Source: Chlamydiota bacterium (lineage in GTDB: Bacteria > Chlamydiota > Chlamydiia > Chlamydiales > SM23-39). Taken from it: a DNA stretch of 29,654 bases. The stretch's first letter is position 1. Each line of letters begins with the position of its first letter. Positions 27,335 to 29,654 of the stretch are shown here, piece by piece. Below the pieces are notes generated by a model that saw nothing but the letters and a program-made list of their open reading frames with translations, ran no database searches and was not told where the DNA came from. A program made the position numbers and the translations under genes. The DNA lies in the NCBI GenBank assembly GCA_050049995.1, contig JASFVE010000015.1:1-29654 (forward strand), written 5' to 3'.

Positions 27335-28654
27335 GTGTTAAAAAAAACATTCCATATAGCCTTTCAAAACCAATCTATTTTAAACCTTGCCTACCAATTC
27401 TCACATTTGCCGGGGCTATGCCTGCTTTATTCAGGGGGAACTTACGCTTCTAGTAGCCTTTCTTATCTAAGCATATTTCCTAAAAAAGAAATTCTTTTAG
27501 ATAGTAGTACTCCCTGGCAAAATTTGCATAAAAAACTCACCCCTCATTATTGGTTTGGTTATTTAAGTTATGAAATGGGAGCCTTTAGTGATGAAGAAAA
27601 AGTATTGCCCCATAAAAAGTCCGATATACCCTTAGGTCACTTTCAAAGATATTTAATTACAGTTAAGTTTGATAGTAAGAGCAACATAATTGAACTTTTC
27701 ATTGATGAGGAATATGAAGCCTCTTCGGAAGAACAAAAGTGGGTTGATCGTTTTTTAAAGCTTACTGATTGGTTTAAAGAACTTCAAGGGTATTCTTTAA
27801 ACTGCGCTATGCCTAGCCAGTTACTTAAAAAAATAGATTTTGTCGACTACGAAAAAAAGTGTAAAAAGGTTAAAGAATACATCTTGGAAGGAGATGTATA
27901 TCAGGTAAACTTAACGCATGAGTCTATAGCTAAGACTTCTATCTCACCTTTTTTAGTTTTTGCTCGCTTGGCAAATAAAAATCCCTCTCCATTTTCTGCA
28001 TATATTTCTCATGAAAATTATACAATTGTCAGCACATCACCTGAAAGGCTGCTGCTAAAGCAGGGAGATTTTTTGCAGACGAAACCTATCAAAGGTTCTA
28101 TTAAAAGAGATGAGTTTACCTGCGACAAAAAACAGGCAAATAACCTGCTGACTTCTATTAAGGATCGAGCAGAGCTTGCCATGATTACAGATCTTGCTAG
28201 AAATGATTTAGGGAAGCTGTCTGAAGTAAACTCCATAAAGACAAAACCATTCCTTCTTGAAAAATATGAAAACATTATCCACATGTTATCTGAGGTCAAT
28301 GCAACTGCAAAAAAAGAAATTTCTTCTCTTGAGTATTTAAGAGCTCTATTTCCAGGTGGGTCCATTACTGGCTGCCCAAAATTGCGAGCGCAAGAGATTA
28401 TTTTCGAAATTGAGAAGAGAGCTCGTCATGTTTATACAGGTTCAATCGGGTATTTGACTCCAGAGCAGGACTTTGATTTTAATATTGCGATACGCACTCT
28501 TTTATTTCAAAAAGAGCAAGTAAGTATTCAGTTAGGGGGAGCTATTGTTGCTGATTCAACAGCCCAAGCAGAGTACTATGAAAGTCTGCAAAAAGGAATA
28601 TCTATTTTTCAAGCGCTTAACTTAGATTATAAAAATGAGTTTTGTTTTTCTTGA
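27335..28654 (+). CDS. pabB: Aminodeoxychorismate synthase component I (chorismate-binding enzyme)
   Basis: GDVYQVNL, NPSPFSAY, SPER, TKPIKGS (PabB-type Lys), DLARNDLG, FPGGSITGCPK, NIAIRT; followed by a PabC-like gene. Confidence 0.82.
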   Translation: MLKKTFHIAFQNQSILNLAYQFSHLPGLCLLYSGGTYASSSLSYLSIFPKKEILLDSSTPWQNLHKKLTPHYWFGYLSYEMGAFSDEEKVLPHKKSDIPLGHFQRYLITVKFDSKSNIIELFIDEEYEASSEEQKWVDRFLKLTDWFKELQGYSLNCAMPSQLLKKIDFVDYEKKCKKVKEYILEGDVYQVNLTHESIAKTSISPFLVFARLANKNPSPFSAYISHENYTIVSTSPERLLLKQGDFLQTKPIKGSIKRDEFTCDKKQANNLLTSIKDRAELAMITDLARNDLGKLSEVNSIKTKPFLLEKYENIIHMLSEVNATAKKEISSLEYLRALFPGGSITGCPKLRAQEIIFEIEKRARHVYTGSIGYLTPEQDFDFNIAIRTLLFQKEQVSIQLGGAIVADSTAQAEYYESLQKGISIFQALNLDYKNEFCFS

Positions 28655-29453
28655 TGGGGAATTTGTTCGATCTTGCAATGTTAAAACTCCTGTTACAGAC
28701 AAAGATTTGTTATATAGGCAAGGAGTCTTTACAACTGTTTTAGTTAAAGAGGGCAAGGCCTTTTTTTTACACAATCATATTAAAAGAGTAAATCGGCATT
28801 GCAAAAAGTCTAATATTTTAGCCCCTTATATTTCGATAAAGACAATAAAAGAACTGCTCATGAAAAATAATGCCTATGAGGGTTCATATAGGCTGAAAAT
28901 CCTTGTTGCAGCTAAGATGAAGGATTTTCAAAAAAGCACCTTATTAATTACTTTAGAAAAAGAAGCGCCTAACAAAAATGCTTTTAGCCTTTGTAAGCAT
29001 ATAAGGCCTGCCCCTTTTGCAAGTAGTAGAGTAAAGAGTTTAGCTTATTATGATCGCCTTGCTTTAAGAGAGTTCGCTAATAGTCGTGGTTTTGATGATT
29101 GTCTTACCTTTGATAGGAATAAGCATTTATTAGAAACTTCAGTAGCTAATGTTTTTTGGATAAAAAATAATTCCTTGCACTTCCCAGACCCTAAACTTTT
29201 ATACTTTCGGGGCATTGTTTTAACAGCAGTTTTAGTTATAGCGAAAAAACTTAAGATAAAAGTGCAATATGGGAAATACACGATAAAGGACTTGTCTGGT
29301 TCCCATCTTTTTTACTGCAATAGCATGAAAGGGATTCTTCCTGTGAGATCCTTAGAAGAAACTCCTTTGTCTTGGGATCATTCCTTACAAAATACATTGC
29401 TAGAGCAGTATATGGTTTTTTCTAAAGAACACTGGGTTGATCTGACTGTTTGA
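28635..29453 (+). CDS. pabC: PLP-dependent class IV aminotransferase family, probable 4-amino-4-deoxychorismate lyase
   Basis: GVFTTV, HIKR, catalytic Lys in VKSLAY, LLETSVANVFW, CNSMKGILPV; overlaps pabB. Confidence 0.72.
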   Translation: MSFVFLDGEFVRSCNVKTPVTDKDLLYRQGVFTTVLVKEGKAFFLHNHIKRVNRHCKKSNILAPYISIKTIKELLMKNNAYEGSYRLKILVAAKMKDFQKSTLLITLEKEAPNKNAFSLCKHIRPAPFASSRVKSLAYYDRLALREFANSRGFDDCLTFDRNKHLLETSVANVFWIKNNSLHFPDPKLLYFRGIVLTAVLVIAKKLKIKVQYGKYTIKDLSGSHLFYCNSMKGILPVRSLEETPLSWDHSLQNTLLEQYMVFSKEHWVDLTV

Positions 29454-29654
29454 TGAATTGATATAGCCTAAAATAAGCTGTAAAAAACATTAAAGTAACA
29501 AAGGACCAGGCAATAAAAAAATAGAGTTTAGGCAAGACATTCATCAAAATAAAAAACACAAAAGCTTCCGTTCGTTCCACAAAGCCAGGACTATAATGAA
29601 AACTTTTTGAGGAGCGATTTTTAGTAAAAACTGCAACCACTAAAAAGGTAACCA
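29422..29654 (-). CDS. CDP-alcohol phosphatidyltransferase family (YnjF-like) C-terminal part, truncated by window edge
   Basis: Frame is open to the window end; KSFHYSPGFVERTEAFVFF followed by TM segments. Confidence 0.6.
   Translation of the reverse strand, partial: VTFLVVAVFTKNRSSKSFHYSPGFVERTEAFVFFILMNVLPKLYFFIAWSFVTLMFFTAYFRLYQFIKQSDQPSVL

Noticed and set aside
10188..29281. Other small overlapping ORFs (10188, 13217, 14695, 15540, 16525, 16909, 18338, 19191, 22188, 23196, 23807, 26580, 26596, 28018, 29048)
   Set aside because: They lie within or overlap real CDSs. The LQ-rich 23196..23381 is an alternate-frame reading of the 9-bp repeat.

Overview
AT-rich bacterial DNA. Gene content and order point to an environmental member of Chlamydiota: an AtoS/AtoC-like (CtcB/CtcC) sigma54 system, HAD, truA, ispD, a stand-alone SWIB gene, a UGP3-type UDP-glucose pyrophosphorylase, frameshifted prfB, GNATs and yebC. 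The left end carries two Maf-family glycosyltransferase-like genes around a MORN-repeat gene. An accessory block of about 9.7 kb (7451-17105) sits around tRNA-Leu(CAA). It holds tandem orphan paralogs, a coiled-coil orphan whose 5' and 3' UTRs can form an extensive long-range duplex competing with its terminator, a beta-lactamase-fold protein lacking its catalytic SxxK, and two PbgA/LtaS-like membrane proteins flanking a thioredoxin reductase with an apparent signal peptide. A TPP riboswitch sits directly on the RBS and start codon of an MFS transporter. pabB-pabC and a partial CDP-alcohol phosphatidyltransferase end the window. I saw no integrase, transposase or CRISPR array. All family calls are by motif recognition, not database search.
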